A DNA stretch of 64,000 nucleotides from Utricularia gibba (GCA_002189035.1 CM007989.1:4774001-4838000); one strand, 5' to 3'; shown: positions 25,451-37,500, counted from the stretch's first letter. Notes: generated by a model from the letters alone, not told the origin. Translations and numbers: made by a program.

Positions 25451-26723
25451 TTCCAAGACTAGGGAAGTGGTATACTTGATCTAATTCTCAGTTGCATGTT
25501 TTTTTATTGTTTCTATTCTAAAAATAGGAGTTTTTACTTTTATAATAAACCATTTGAATTCTGAAAATAATTAATCAAATCAAATAATTAGAAATATCTT
25601 TAATAGATCGAATTAATGTACCTGTAGTTTTTTGTTGTTGTGTCTCCTTTTTACTTTTCCGCTAAACAATATTACCATTTATGAGACCTATTTTATTTTT
25701 GGACGCAGTGCAAGACACATTTGACTCCATCCATTTCTAATTGTGATGCTTCAAAGGAGGGAAATGAGCACCATGCTAGGATATCAGGAGTTGATTCTCC
25801 ATATCTCTGCAATTTTACTTTTTTGTTTCCTGAAGGATTCTTCTTCTAAGTTTGATTACACACAGAAAAATGCAAGGAGAAAGGAGGAGGCGAAGGTCAT
25901 GTTGCATGATACGAATTGCAATTTTGGAAATACTCATTGTGGCTTAGCCACATTTTGATTGATTACCATTCAATGGACTAATGATTAAACCAATAAGAGA
26001 GCCTAACTCTTGTACAACTTTAGACAAATTGTTTTAATGATTATCGTGTGTGGCTTTCTTTGCTGGTTTCCGAGTTCAATTCCTAATCAAACCTGCAGGC
26101 TCCAAATGGTCGTTAACCGGTTCTGAATTTTTACTTCTCTTCATTTTTTCCAATAACTGACAACTTTGTAGGCATTCATGAAAACTCGAAGATAAGCAAT
26201 TGTATTTAGAAACCCTCTCACTACTGTGTGAGGAATTCTGGCCACACTCTGTATATATTTTTTAATGTGTGTGAGTGGGCGGCCAGATTTCTAAATGGCC
26301 CAAGATAAGCGTCATCCCTTAACATGCAACCTTCTCTTCTTGGTTCAGAATGTTAGCCTTTGAAGTATTGGCCTTTTCGAGGAAGCACCGATTAGTGGGA
26401 GGTGTTGGATTTTAAATCTTGTTGATGTATCGCGATGAAAATATAGAGAAAACTATAGGTGTCATTTATTCCTGAAAGGTCGTTTGAAAGCTGAAACCAT
26501 CCTAAACTAATGGTGTTGCTCGTTTTTGCTAAGATTGATCAAAGAAATGCAGTCCGCAGTAACGATTTTTTGAATACTCAAACAACTACAGAAGCGAAGT
26601 GAATCTGCTTGTAGCTTCATAAACAGACAACAGGTTGGGGCTCTTCTCAAGCAACTTGAAAGAACTTCCAAAACACCACAAGAGATGAAGAGCCTTGAGG
26701 CACAACACTAAACGCAGAATTAC

Positions 26724-26951
26724 TCAGTCATCGATGAACTTACTTTTAATCCATTTGAAGCTACCTCTGAGAGATGCTTTTATTTTGCGTTCAACAGCAT
26801 ACCTGTTATAGGAAGCCACCCTCTTCCTCCTCTTCGCCTCCGGATTCCCATCAGGCCCGTTGAAGCTGTAGGATTTCGAACGATCTTCGAAACCGAATCG
26901 AGCTTCCGCGTAGGAAGCCGAGTACCAGGGAAACGGCCTACCTTTCTCCAT
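26724..26951 (-). CDS. DUF3511-family small plant protein (75 aa)
   Basis: MEKGRPFPWYSASYAEARFGFEDRSKSYSFNGPDGNPEAKRRKRVASYNRYAVERKIKASLRGSFKWIKSKF matches the remembered pattern DPExKRKKRVAxYxxYxVEGKxKxSxRxSFKWIKxK. A TATAAAT box on the minus strand at 26989-26995 supports the start at 26951. Confidence 0.85.
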   Translation of the reverse strand: MEKGRPFPWYSASYAEARFGFEDRSKSYSFNGPDGNPEAKRRKRVASYNRYAVERKIKASLRGSFKWIKSKFIDD

Positions 26952-27912
26952 GACGAAGGCAAAAGCTGTGTTGTGCCACAACGTACTCATTTATACCCAA
27001 GAAGCAGAATGCCATGTAACGTAGGTGCTTCCATGAATGAGGTAAGGAAGGACAGGGGCCTACCACGAGAGTAAGATAATGGGTGTGCTGTGTGCATTCG
27101 TGTGTGCGGAGCTGGTTGTGGGCACAGTGAAGTCCTTTACAAAATGGGGAAAGTTGTTAGGTTGGAAAAAGGCGGGTAGAGCCAACGTGATGGGGACAAG
27201 GTGGGTGCGATGGAGACCCGGTTTTGATCAGTGGCCATGATCGAGTCATGCCGGTGCCCCGACAGAACTTTCTGAGCATAAAGGGTATGGGATTGGAGAG
27301 ATATCACATTCTACTTGTTGCAAGATGTTAAATTTGGATGTGTAGTATGTATGTCTGACATGCCTTCTAGGACCAAAGATCTTCTAATCATGTCAGTTGT
27401 CTGTATCATGATTTGTCATTGATGGAGTTATCAGCAACTAAATCAATAGTTGACATTGTAAGAAATGTCATTTTATAGACTTGGAAAACACCCCATTTAT
27501 CTTTAAAAAAAAGATGTGAAAAATAAAAATATTGTCTACATAATAAGTTATTTTTAGATTTTAACAAAGGAAAGAAAATAATAAAAACTGATAAAAGAAA
27601 AAAATATGAAAAGTTAATTCAAAAAAATCACCGACAAAGAGCTAAAAACTTTGGACAAGACAAAGGGGTTGGAACAAAAATGAAAATAGGATGAAATCAA
27701 TGACAAATTATCGACCTTCGATCCTGTCTCCCTTGCTTTGGTATAACGCACACCTTGTAAATAAGTTAGATCAAAATATATTTAAATAAATATTTTCTAA
27801 TTCACAATTTCACTACTAAATTACTTGATGTAATTTAAAATTTTCACAACTTACTTTTTCGATATTCAAGTAAATTATATAATATCAATAAAAAGTGATA
27901 CAACAATAAATT

Positions 27913-28498
27913 TGATGGTAACGAAAATCAAAAAATCGAAAGTCGGGTATGAACACTAAATCAAAACCTAAATGGATGTGAATGAGTTCTCGGAAAATTG
28001 GTCGTGGAACATAAATCGACTAACTGGAGCAAGAACAGCATATCAGTTAGCGAATCACATATCGGCCTAGGAATCATCAATGAATTGGCTATATCACAAG
28101 TAGTCGGCCTATAGAAATTCAGAGCATCAAACAGTTATCTGTCACTAATACCACAAAATTAGATCAAGTCAAATCTTACCAAGTGTAGAAAACAATTGAT
28201 GACTCCAGAATAGATAGGCCCAAACCTCCATATAAATAAGGGGTCGTTTTATTGAAGAAAAGATTGAATTCCCTCATAGTTACTTGTCCCCTTTTTTTCT
28301 CCCTTTAGTGAAATTCTTCTCTTCCACAAATTCCCTCAACTCTATGGTTTTTTGTCACAGTGGTTTACACATAAAAATCTTCATTTCTTCTTTTTCACTT
28401 TCTGAATATCTGAAATCAAAATCTAATTCTGATAAATCGGCCCAATTTGACCTTAGAAATCAGCAAATCATTACTAAAATTGATTTTTTATCACAACA
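27913..28498 (+). mobile_element. Solo LTR (586 bp) with TSD AAATT
   Basis: TG(ATGGTAACG)...(TCACAA)CA termini. AAATT flanks both sides (27908-27912 and 28499-28503). Internal TATAAATAAGGGG is followed by a CT-rich tract. Confidence 0.75.
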
Positions 28499-29517
28499 AA
28501 ATTCTAAAACGAGTAGAAACAATCTTATAATATAATGAAAATCTAATATTTAAGATGACATAAAAGCACTTATTAATCTACTCTAACAATAAAATAAACT
28601 TTTCAACATTCTTATTATTTTTTAATTGATGAACTCGACATATATTCTTAGTTTTCATATTTTTCTAATGTTGTTTTTTTAGATTTTAAATCTTTTTTTC
28701 ATTATTATTAACTTTAAAATCTTAATTAATTTGTAGTTGAGAAATTCCATACTAACTTTGAAGCATGTGATCATTTAAATTAAGTATGTTTTAATTTTTA
28801 TATATCTCTTTTGTTAGGAAAAACTAGCTCACCTTTAAACACGCATTTCTTTTCAGAAACACGAGTAAAATAAAATCTAGAATTTCTTTTTATTTAAAAA
28901 AACTCAAAAAAAAAAGGAAAAAGTACTTCTCCACGTCATGTACCTATCATATATGCTCACCCTCCAAAACTCCACCTTTATTTCTTGGATAAGTTGACTT
29001 GGATCCACAATAAATTTATATCATGAATTAAAAAAATAATTTGAAATAAACTAAAATGGTAGAAAGCAACAATGATATTGTTTTTATTCGAAAGCATACT
29101 TTAAAATTGTGTTTATTAAATTTGTCTACATCAATAAATATGAGGAAATAATATATATATATATATATATATGATATACGTATTTTATAATATATGTATG
29201 TATATATAATTCATAAAAAGACTTATATAAATTTTCTCCTCATGTTTATTAAATTCCGATCTCAAGTGAATTTTTATTATCAAAAGAGTTTTAGGATTTT
29301 TTATATTTTAAATATATATACCAAACATAAAATATTTTATACATATATTTGTAAAAATCTATTTAATAAAAATAAAAAATATTTATTTATATATAAATAA
29401 TTTAATATATTATCGATTAAATTATTGTAACAAACGTGCCATTAGAATCATTCAATAAGATGTAAGGTTACCTCAAGGTTACCTACACCTGAAATTATTT
29501 AGTTTTGGACTTGTCGC

Positions 29518-29690
29518 TGGGCCAGGCCCATTGTGAGGCTTTTTTAGTAACTCGCCGTCCGATTAGGGTGAAACCGTACAATGATCGTGGCCGCTAGATC
29601 TATGTCCCGTTAAAGCTGCAGGCCCAAGCCCAGGCTCAGGCACAGAGAATTCTGCACGTATATAATGGGGTGCGCAAGTCGAACCCTAGC
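29518..29690 (+). promoter_or_regulatory. Ribosome-biogenesis-type Pol II promoter of the snoRNA cluster (site II elements, telo-box, TATA)
   Basis: TGGGCC 29518-29523, GGCCCA 29525-29530 and 29621-29626, AGCCCA 29627-29632, ATTAGGGT ~29562, TATATAA 29659-29665, AACCCTA 29682-29688. This combination is established for plant snoRNA and ribosomal-protein promoters. Confidence 0.75.
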
Positions 29691-29879
29691 CCTATCCAGC
29701 TTTTTCGTCCCGTTTTCCTGCCTGAATTGCCAAGGCGGTTTCAGATCCGTCAAATTTGCTGGAGTTTGTATGGCTTTGATTGATGTCTGCTAGTTCTTCT
29801 GTTTCCGGTTTGAGCCTTTGTTGAGGGTTTAGGAATTTGTTAATCTGAGGCGTTGTATGTTTTCGTTGGGACTTTCGAC

Positions 29880-30067
29880 GTCTGCCTCTCTTGCACTAGA
29901 TATACTGAGTGGCATACAGAGATGAGCAAGTCCCTGATATTCGGTCTTTTCTGTTTATCCTTACTGTGCCAGCAATGGCGATGATCTTTTGCTGGTCATG
30001 CGGGCAAGAAAAATTACTTACCCTCTCGTGCTCCTTACTGAATGCTTGTTAATCTGTCAACACATTC
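29880..30067 (+). ncRNA. Candidate snoRNA(s), family unassigned
   Basis: Stem CCAGCAA/TTGCTGG (29969-29975 and 29989-29995), H-box-like AGAAAA (30007-30012), ACA at 30062-30064 before a T-run. Alternatively a C-like box GCGATGA (29978-29984) with D box CTGA (30038-30041). Lies between the promoter and U14. Confidence 0.4.
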
Positions 30068-30205
30068 TTTTTGTCAATTTTTTTGATTTTGAATGGGTGA
30101 TCAAATTCAGAGCTTTGGCTCATAATTCTTTGCTGTGATGCATGATGCTATACCAGCATCCTATTCGTTTATCTCCTTTATATTTGGTAATTCTTCAATA
30201 TTTCA

Positions 30206-30329
30206 CGTCTATGATGATAAATCCAAAGGCTTGTTTCTCAAAACATTCGCAGTGGCCGACTAAGAGCTTTCGCCTTTCGCCGGGCTTGAGAGCTATTGCT
30301 GCCCATTCCTTCCTTGGATGTCTGAGGCA
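30206..30329 (+). ncRNA. U14: Box C/D snoRNA U14, copy 1
   Basis: C box ATGATGA 30211-30217, D box CTGA 30322-30325. Domain A CATTCGCAGT is complementary to 18S ACTGCGAATG. Domain B TTCCTTGGATGT is complementary to 18S ACATCCAAGGAA. A plant-specific central stem-loop (AAGAGCTTTCGCC...GGCTTGAGAG) is present. Confidence 0.95.
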
Positions 30330-30392
30330 ATACCAATTTTCCATTGGTTATAATCCATTTTAAAAAATTGTATGTGTGTTGTTCGCTTTTCA

Positions 30393-30517
30393 TGTCTGTG
30401 ATGATAGATCCAAAGGCTTGTTTCTCAAAACATTCGCAGTGGCCGACTAAGAGCTTTCGCCTTTCGCCGGGCTTGAGAGCTTGTGCTGCCCATTCCTTCC
30501 TTGGATGTCTGAGGCAA
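30393..30517 (+). ncRNA. U14: Box C/D snoRNA U14, copy 2
   Basis: C box GTGATGA 30398-30404, D box CTGA 30509-30512, terminal stem TGTC/GGCA. Nearly identical to copy 1, with domains A and B intact. Confidence 0.95.
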
Positions 30518-30592
30518 TTTAAATTTCCGTTGGTGACACTCTAAAACATTTTCAATTTGTAATGTTTTTTGGGTGTTTTTGTGGCATATATA

Positions 30593-30712
30593 CATGTTTG
30601 TGATGTCAATTCTGTACGCTTGTTTTCATAACATTCCAGTTTCATACTAAGAGCTGTCTCCTTTCTCTAGGCCCGAGGGCTAGTCAACATTCATTTGTTT
30701 CTTTGCATGATC
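30593..30712 (+). pseudogene. Decayed third U14 copy
   Basis: Colinear with copy 2 (CATGTTTGTGATG..GCTTGTTTTCATAACATTCCAG..ACTAAGAGCTGTCTCCTTTCTCTAGGCCCGAGGGC). The C box is mutated to GTGATGT, domain A lacks a G, and domain B and the D box are lost. Confidence 0.75.
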
Positions 30713-31319
30713 CTACTTTCAACCTGTGCTTGGAAACATGTTGCATAAGCCAAGCGGAGAATGCTCTGTTATAATGAAAACAAGACGTGTATGCGCGGAC
30801 AACAACCACACCCTTGTCTTGTAGCGGTTGCTAGTTTTCTTCAGTTGGCCCCCTTGACTAACTGCTCTATTGACTGGAATGCGGCACCTGAAGAAATTAC
30901 GTTCACAGAAATTATGGAATGATTCAAACTAGCTTATTTCCCATACCGGCTGTTTTCCCTGTTAGCCACCACATACCTCCCAGCTTGGCCACGTACCGGA
31001 TCTTATTACCATATCTTAGTTCTAGATTGATTTTTTTTCCTCAGTTTTTTGATCTTACTCGTTGGGTTGCTCTAGGGAAGCCATGCTGTAATCTGCTGTA
31101 GGTTTATCAGAAGGTATGAATCGGGATGTCGTCCAGATCCCATGCATACTGCGGTACGTGTGAATTATGTTTATGATAAAAATTATTCATATCACAAGAA
31201 ATACAGTTGAAATAAATTAGGTATTATGAATTTAGTCATTTGTTCATTTATGTAATCCTGTTTTAATCATGCTTATTTTTCAAATTTAATATGATCTTTA
31301 TTATCAAGTCATCTCATGA

Positions 31320-31460
31320 CCGGCATACATGTAGATTCACTCGATCGGTGAGCAGGAACCGAACTCCCCTCGGATGCTATATCCACTTCGAATAATAAAC
31401 CACTTTTCTGGGAACCCCCTACGGGGGATGCTGTTGTACAGCGCAGAAGTGCTCACATGC
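31320..31460 (+). ncRNA. Candidate H/ACA-like structured RNA, family unassigned
   Basis: Two hairpin domains separated by ATAATA (ANANNA, 31392-31397). The 3' domain is closed by CACTT(TT)CTG/CAGAAGTG and followed by ACA (31455-31457) plus 3 nt. Pocket-to-box spacing is non-canonical. Confidence 0.45.
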
Positions 31461-33195
31461 ATACCCTTGAACTTGCATTTCTAAATGCAAAATGCAGTTC
31501 CAAGTGATTCAATTGCGGTTTTTTAAACACTAGTTGAGATGTTATTGATGTATTTTCATATATCAAAATTAAAAATTAGTTAGTATGGGTTTTGTATATG
31601 GAGTAGATTAGTGATATATATGGAAGAGACTTGTATATGTATGTTTTATCAACAAAAAATATGCACTAATTTTTCAATTCATCTGGAAACTGCTGATGTA
31701 TTACAGTGAAATTAATTCAAAGTATTTCTTATGCTGTTCGTCTCTGATATTCTTTGATAGATGGCCTTCATGGACATTATACATCTCCACTTTTTGTCTT
31801 CAATTGCCTTCATAGTTGACCAAGACGATCATTGTTTTCATTGGTGATTCAAAGATAATGGAATTTTCTTTGTCACATTGATGATTCACACAAGCCTTAA
31901 TCGTTGTTCACCAAACCCATTCTTTGGGATGTAGAGATCAAGGCTTGTGAATGTTAAGCTAAAAGTTACCAAGGATGATAAAAAAAAAGATTATATTGTG
32001 GAATGATAAATCTTTTTATTATATTTTTTTATGTCACAAAAGCATGTGGGACTCTAAATACTCACTTGATGAAGTGAATTAAATTTAAGAAAATATGAAT
32101 TTTAAAGTTTAGGTTACCTATGTATTTAGCATTATGTTAATTTTTTTTTTTTTTGTTAGAAGAGTTTGATTATTGAATTTTTTTATTATGCTTTATGAAA
32201 TGATAAAATTACCCTTATTTACTAAAATATCAAAATTCACCTTTTCAATTCATGGATTTTCATTGTAAAATTGATTTGTTAGAAAAATCCAACATAATTG
32301 AAAACATAATTCATAGAGTGATTTTATGGGAAAATCTACCATAATTGACAAAAGATGACCTTCCCACTAAAATTGGTTGATTAGATGATGGATAAATCTA
32401 GACAATTAGAAAAAGATGATTTACAACTACTCTACTTAGTGATAAAAGACAATAATGTCCTCATTGTATTAAAAAAAATATATGTCAATAAAGATGGAAG
32501 ATGGAAATCAGTTTCATGTGGCTCTCGAAGAACATTTGAAAGAATTGTTCTCTATGACGAATTTACGTGCAAATCCTTATATAAAATCAGAAATTTAGAA
32601 TTGGAAAAGAAATCATAATTGTGAAGAAAAATTGATTATGTTAGGTTGTAGATTTGAAAACATACATAATAAATGTTGTGATTGACTGTTGCTATGTACT
32701 TATATTTGATGTTTTGACATATTATGTATTTAATGTTTTTACTTGGTCCAAATTGAACTCCTATTAGATCCAACTCAAAGCAACTTTGTATGATAAATCA
32801 TTGCGTTGATAGTTTCACCCCACAAAATTTTAGGTAAGTTCCCTTAAAATAAGAAACATTTTGTCATACCCATTGATGAATCAAAGGAGTGAACAGAAGG
32901 CATCAACGGTTACCATCAAGTGACAATCAGGGAACCAAATCAAGAAAATCCAGATTCCTTATTAAGAGATGATCCTGCGCCTGCTCCCGAAAATCATGCT
33001 TTATTTCCTTTTTATTCATTAGACTCTCCTTTTAAATAGTTCATTTACAAACAAATAATGTAAATCTTCTTTGAATCTTGAATGAGAATATTTCCTCATC
33101 ATTTAGCATTTCTTCATGGTATCGGAGCTCTCTTATGAGAGTAACTTCCTTTGATCCTCACACCTACCGTTCAAGTTTCTACACTAAGAGATCTC

Positions 33196-36100
33196 ATGGC
33201 TACCCTCTCCCTCAAAGTTGGCAATTTTTTCACGATCAAACTCAGTTTCACTAACTATCTTCTTTGGCAAGAACAGGTCCTAGCTTTGGCTGAAAGTTAA
33301 AATCTTGTCAGCCATCTTACGGGTGAAATACAACCACCCTCCCAGTCTACAACCCCTTGACAGGACCCACAGGCGACGTCCCACCTCCACAAACCGCTCC
33401 CTACCTCTCTTGGTGGCAATCTGATTGTCTACTTTGAGGTTGGATTATTGGTACCCTTTCAGAAAATTCACGTGGCCTTGTAATAGCTCTAGAAACGTAC
33501 GCTGTTGTTTGAGCTGCACTCAAAGATGCTTATGCTGAAGATTCTGAGGAGCGTACCTTTGTACTTCAACACCAATTAACCTACCTACAAAAAACAGACT
33601 CAACATCCATGGAAGACCACCTCCGCCTCTTCAAACAATTGTGTGACTCTCTCACCACCATTGGAAAATCCGTTGCAAATGCTGAAAAAAAGTATCCCTT
33701 CTTCTTCATACCTTAGACCACTCTTATGACGCCTTTACCACTATCATGCTAAAACACCCAAGACCCACATATTGAGTTAATTCCTCAACTTCACAGCTAT
33801 GAGCTTTGACACAAATTTTCTCATCATTCTCCCTCATCCCATACTACCTATCAAGCAAACTGACAAAAACCTCAATCCAAAACCACTCGAAACACCTTCT
33901 CATCTATTGGTTGTGGCTTTCAAGCTCAAAGCCCCTCACACTAATCCACAAATTCACCAATAGCTAGCCAAGCTCGCCCTCCACCTTCGGGTAGACGTCA
34001 CATGACAACCGAACAACGTGAGTTGTATAAATATGAAACTTGTCAGATTTGTGACAATGCAGGACATGTTGCCAAAATTTGTTGGTACCTTCCTGATGGC
34101 TCGTTTGGTGCCTCTTCTGCCCATGCCTTCCAAGCGCTTCACTTGGATGGATCGGTGGGCCCCACTGAATGGGTGTCTGACACGAGAGTCTCTGCACGCA
34201 TGATAGATAACTCCTCTCTTCTCTCCTACATTACACCACCCGATGCCCATGATGCAGTTCTTATGTGTGATGGCTCTCCTCTACCCATCCTTGGTATGGG
34301 CAATGCCACTATCACCCAAAATTCTACTTCTATATTTTTAAAGAAGGTTTTGTATGTCCCTCAACTCACATCTAATCTTTTATCCGTTAGTCAACTTACA
34401 AGTCAATATCCTATTACTTGTGAATTTACTAACCATTTGTTTCTTGTTAAGGATCGTCTGACAGGCCAGATTCTAGTCATCGGGATACGAAGGGGTGACA
34501 TCTATGTTGTGTCTTCCTCTCCTAAGTGTTACCTTGCTACTCGTTCCAATAAAGCATATGTTGACTTATGGCATCAATGCTTAGAGCACTCTCATATTGC
34601 AACTATTCGTCATTTACACAAACAAAATTTAATTTGCATCTATGGCTCTTGCACTCATAAATTTTGCAGCAGTTGTCAACTTGTAAAACTTAGCAAACTT
34701 CCCTTTTTGCCTTCTAAAACCCCTACTAGTCGTCCCTTTCAGAAAATTCACTACGATTTATGGGGTCTTGCTTTGGTTTTATCTCTTCATAAATTCAAAT
34801 ACTATGCTTGTTTTGTTGATGATTTTACCAAATTTTTTTGATTTTTTCCTTTATGCCATAAAAGTGATTTTTCCAATATTTATTTTGATTTTGAAAATTA
34901 TGTGGATCGTCAATTTCAACAAAAAATTCAAGTTTTTCAATCCGATGATGGTGGTGAATTTCTTAATACTCGCTTAAGTGCTCATTTTTCAAAACACGGC
35001 ATTCTCCATCAACTCTCATGTCCTCATACCCCTGAACAAAATGGTGTGGCTGAACGTCGTCATCGCACCATTCATGAGATTGGAATGACCATGCTTTTTC
35101 ATAGTGCTACTCCTCTCTCTCTTTGGGTTGATGACTTCCGTACTACTGTTTGTATCCTAAATCGTGTTCCCACTTGTTCTGCAAAATTCACTTCCTTTCG
35201 AAATGCTTTATCATAAACCTCCCACTTTTGATGATCTTCGTGTCTTTGGTAGTCAATGTTTTCCATATCTTTGGACAGATTCTGTTAAAAATAAGGATCG
35301 GTGGAGCAATAAGGAAGGAAAAATAAGGTTGATGGAAAGTGGGATATTGTGAGTTGATTGAGTCTCCCATGGCGGCAAATTCCTGATTTTTTGGTAAGTG
35401 CAACATCGATGCAAATCAAGAGCAAATCAAGGAAGGAATCACCTGATTTATCTCAATCAAATCTTTGTTAGGAAAGTTCTAGGCTTATAAATAATGGTGT
35501 GTGCTGCATGTGTTTGTACATTGAAAAAATCAATCAAGTATTTTTCTTCTCAAACTTTTTCTTCTCCCAAACCCTGCTACGCCCAAAGGCCCTACACCTC
35601 CTACTGTTCCTGTTTCTTCCCTAGAATTCCTGCATACTAACAAATTTTCTCCCAAATCATTGCCTTATGTCTTTATTGGTTACAGTGAACATTACAAAGG
35701 CTATTGGTGTTATCATCCCTCGACACATCGGATCTTCACCTCACGCCTGTTGTCTTTGACGATTGGGTCCATTTACCTACTTCTTCCTCATCCTCATCCT
35801 CATGTGACTGGGCTTTCTTCACCTCTTTCATTGCCTTCATCTTCCCCTCCTTTACTAACTCTATCACCCATTCATTCCCTCTCCCCTCCGCCTGCACCGT
35901 CTCACCCAATGATGGCTCGCTCCCGTCATGGGATTCTCAAACCTAACCCAAGTTATCAAGCCTATGCTGCCCTTTTACCTTCTATACCACTCGAGCCCAA
36001 AACACTCTAGCAAGCCCTATCTCATCCCGGTTTGCGTAATGCCATGCAACTTGAACTTGATGCTCTACATCGTAATCACACATGGGTGCTTGTTACCCCT

Positions 36101-37500
36101 AACATGCATGTCATTGGTTCCAATTGGTTTTACAAAGCCAAGCTCAAGCCTGATGGTTCACTTGATCGCCTAAAAGCTCACCTAGTTGCTAAGGGGTACA
36201 ATCAAATTGATGGCGTAGACTACATAGAAACGTTCTCCCCAGTGATCCGGACTGCCACCATTCGCCTTGTTCTCACAATTGCCCTTCAGCATAGCTGGCC
36301 TATCCACCAACTTGATGTCACCAATGCCTTCTTCATGGTGATCTTCAAGAAACCATTTACATGGCTCAACTCCTAGGTACGCTTTATCCTCACCTCTTCA
36401 CCCATGTTTGCAAGCTCCAAAAGTCTTTATACGGTCTTAAGCAAGCCCCTCGTGCTTGGTTCAACAAGTTTAGCTCTTTTCTTCTTCACCTTGATTTTTA
36501 GTGCAGCTATGCTGACTCTTCTCTCTTTGTTCGTCATTCTCCTCTTGGCGTTGTTTACCTCCTCCTTTATGTTGATGACATGCTCTTAACAGCCAGTTCT
36601 GAGTCTCTTCTTCAATCACTTATCCTTGCTCTTGCCACTTAGTTTGCCTTAAAAGACTTGAGGTCTCCCCATCATTTTCTTGGTATTGAAATCCATCCCT
36701 CTCTGACTGATCTTCATCTTTCTCAGACTCACTATGCCCTTTCCATCCTTGAGAGGTTCAACATGCAAGATTGTCATCCTAAATCCCTGCCCTTGCCCCC
36801 TAAGGATACCTCTCCGATGGCTGGCCCCTGCCTGGTCCTCAACCCTATCGAGCTCTTATTGCCTCTCTTCAATACCTCACCTTTACTTGTCCTGACCTTC
36901 AATTCTCTGTCAACTACCTTTCTCAGTTTTTGCAACACCCCACCCACCATCTTCTCTCCCTTGCCCATTGTGTTCTTCGTTATGTTAAGAGTACTCTTAA
37001 CCATGGTGTCCTCCTATCCTCCCATCCATGCCCGAACCTCCACGGCTATGCTGATGCTGATTGGGCTACTTGCCCGTTCACTCGTCGTTCCATCAGTGAT
37101 TACTGCATCTTTGACAACACCCTTATTTCTTGGTGTTCTTTCAAGCAAAAGACTGTTTCTCGCTCCATCACTAAAGTTGAGTATCATTCGATGGCCCACA
37201 CTGCTGCAGAAAATTCATTGACTTTGTTACTTGTTGTGCGATCTTGGAGAATTGCCGTCTACTCCACCAACACTCTCATGTGACAACCTCAATGTTGTTC
37301 ATATGACTATGAATCCTGTTCTTCATTGCCGCAGTAAGCATATTGAGCTGGATTATCACTTTGTTCATCAAAAAGTCACTGAAGGTCTCTTAATCACCCG
37401 GCATATCCCTACCTCGTCTCAAGTGGCTGATCTATTTACAAACCCCTCACCAAGTCCATGTTGGTCAAGTTTCTTAGCAAACTCACCCTCTAACCACGGC
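33196..37500 (+). pseudogene. Copia gag-pol, disrupted
   Basis: MATLSLKVGNFFTIKLSFTNYLLWQEQV; CQICDNAGHVAKIC; WVSDTRVS; LWHQCLEH; CSSCQLVK; FVDDFTK; QSDDGGEF; SCPHTPEQNGVAERRHR; RLKAHLVAKGYNQIDGVDYIETFSPV; HQLDVTN; SKHIELDYHFV. Confidence 0.92.
35283..35642 (+). mobile_element. Solo LTR (360 bp) inserted in the copia integrase/linker region
   Basis: TGTTAAAAAT...CATACTAACA termini and an internal TTATAAATAA. It interrupts FPYLW...KFSPKSLPYVFIGYS. Flanks GATTC/AATTT differ by two transitions. Confidence 0.7.

Noticed and set aside
29682-29688. AACCCTA as a telomerase RNA template
   Set aside because: Only a single telo-box beside site II elements and a TATA box. No USE-type Pol III promoter was seen, and the downstream RNAs are U14.
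30900-31460. U17/snR30, U3, MRP, SRP or spliceosomal snRNA identity for the structured blocks
   Set aside because: The diagnostic motifs I remember (m1/m2 in a 3' hairpin, U3 box A, MRP GAAAGUCCCC, snRNA 5' ends) are not present in the right arrangement.
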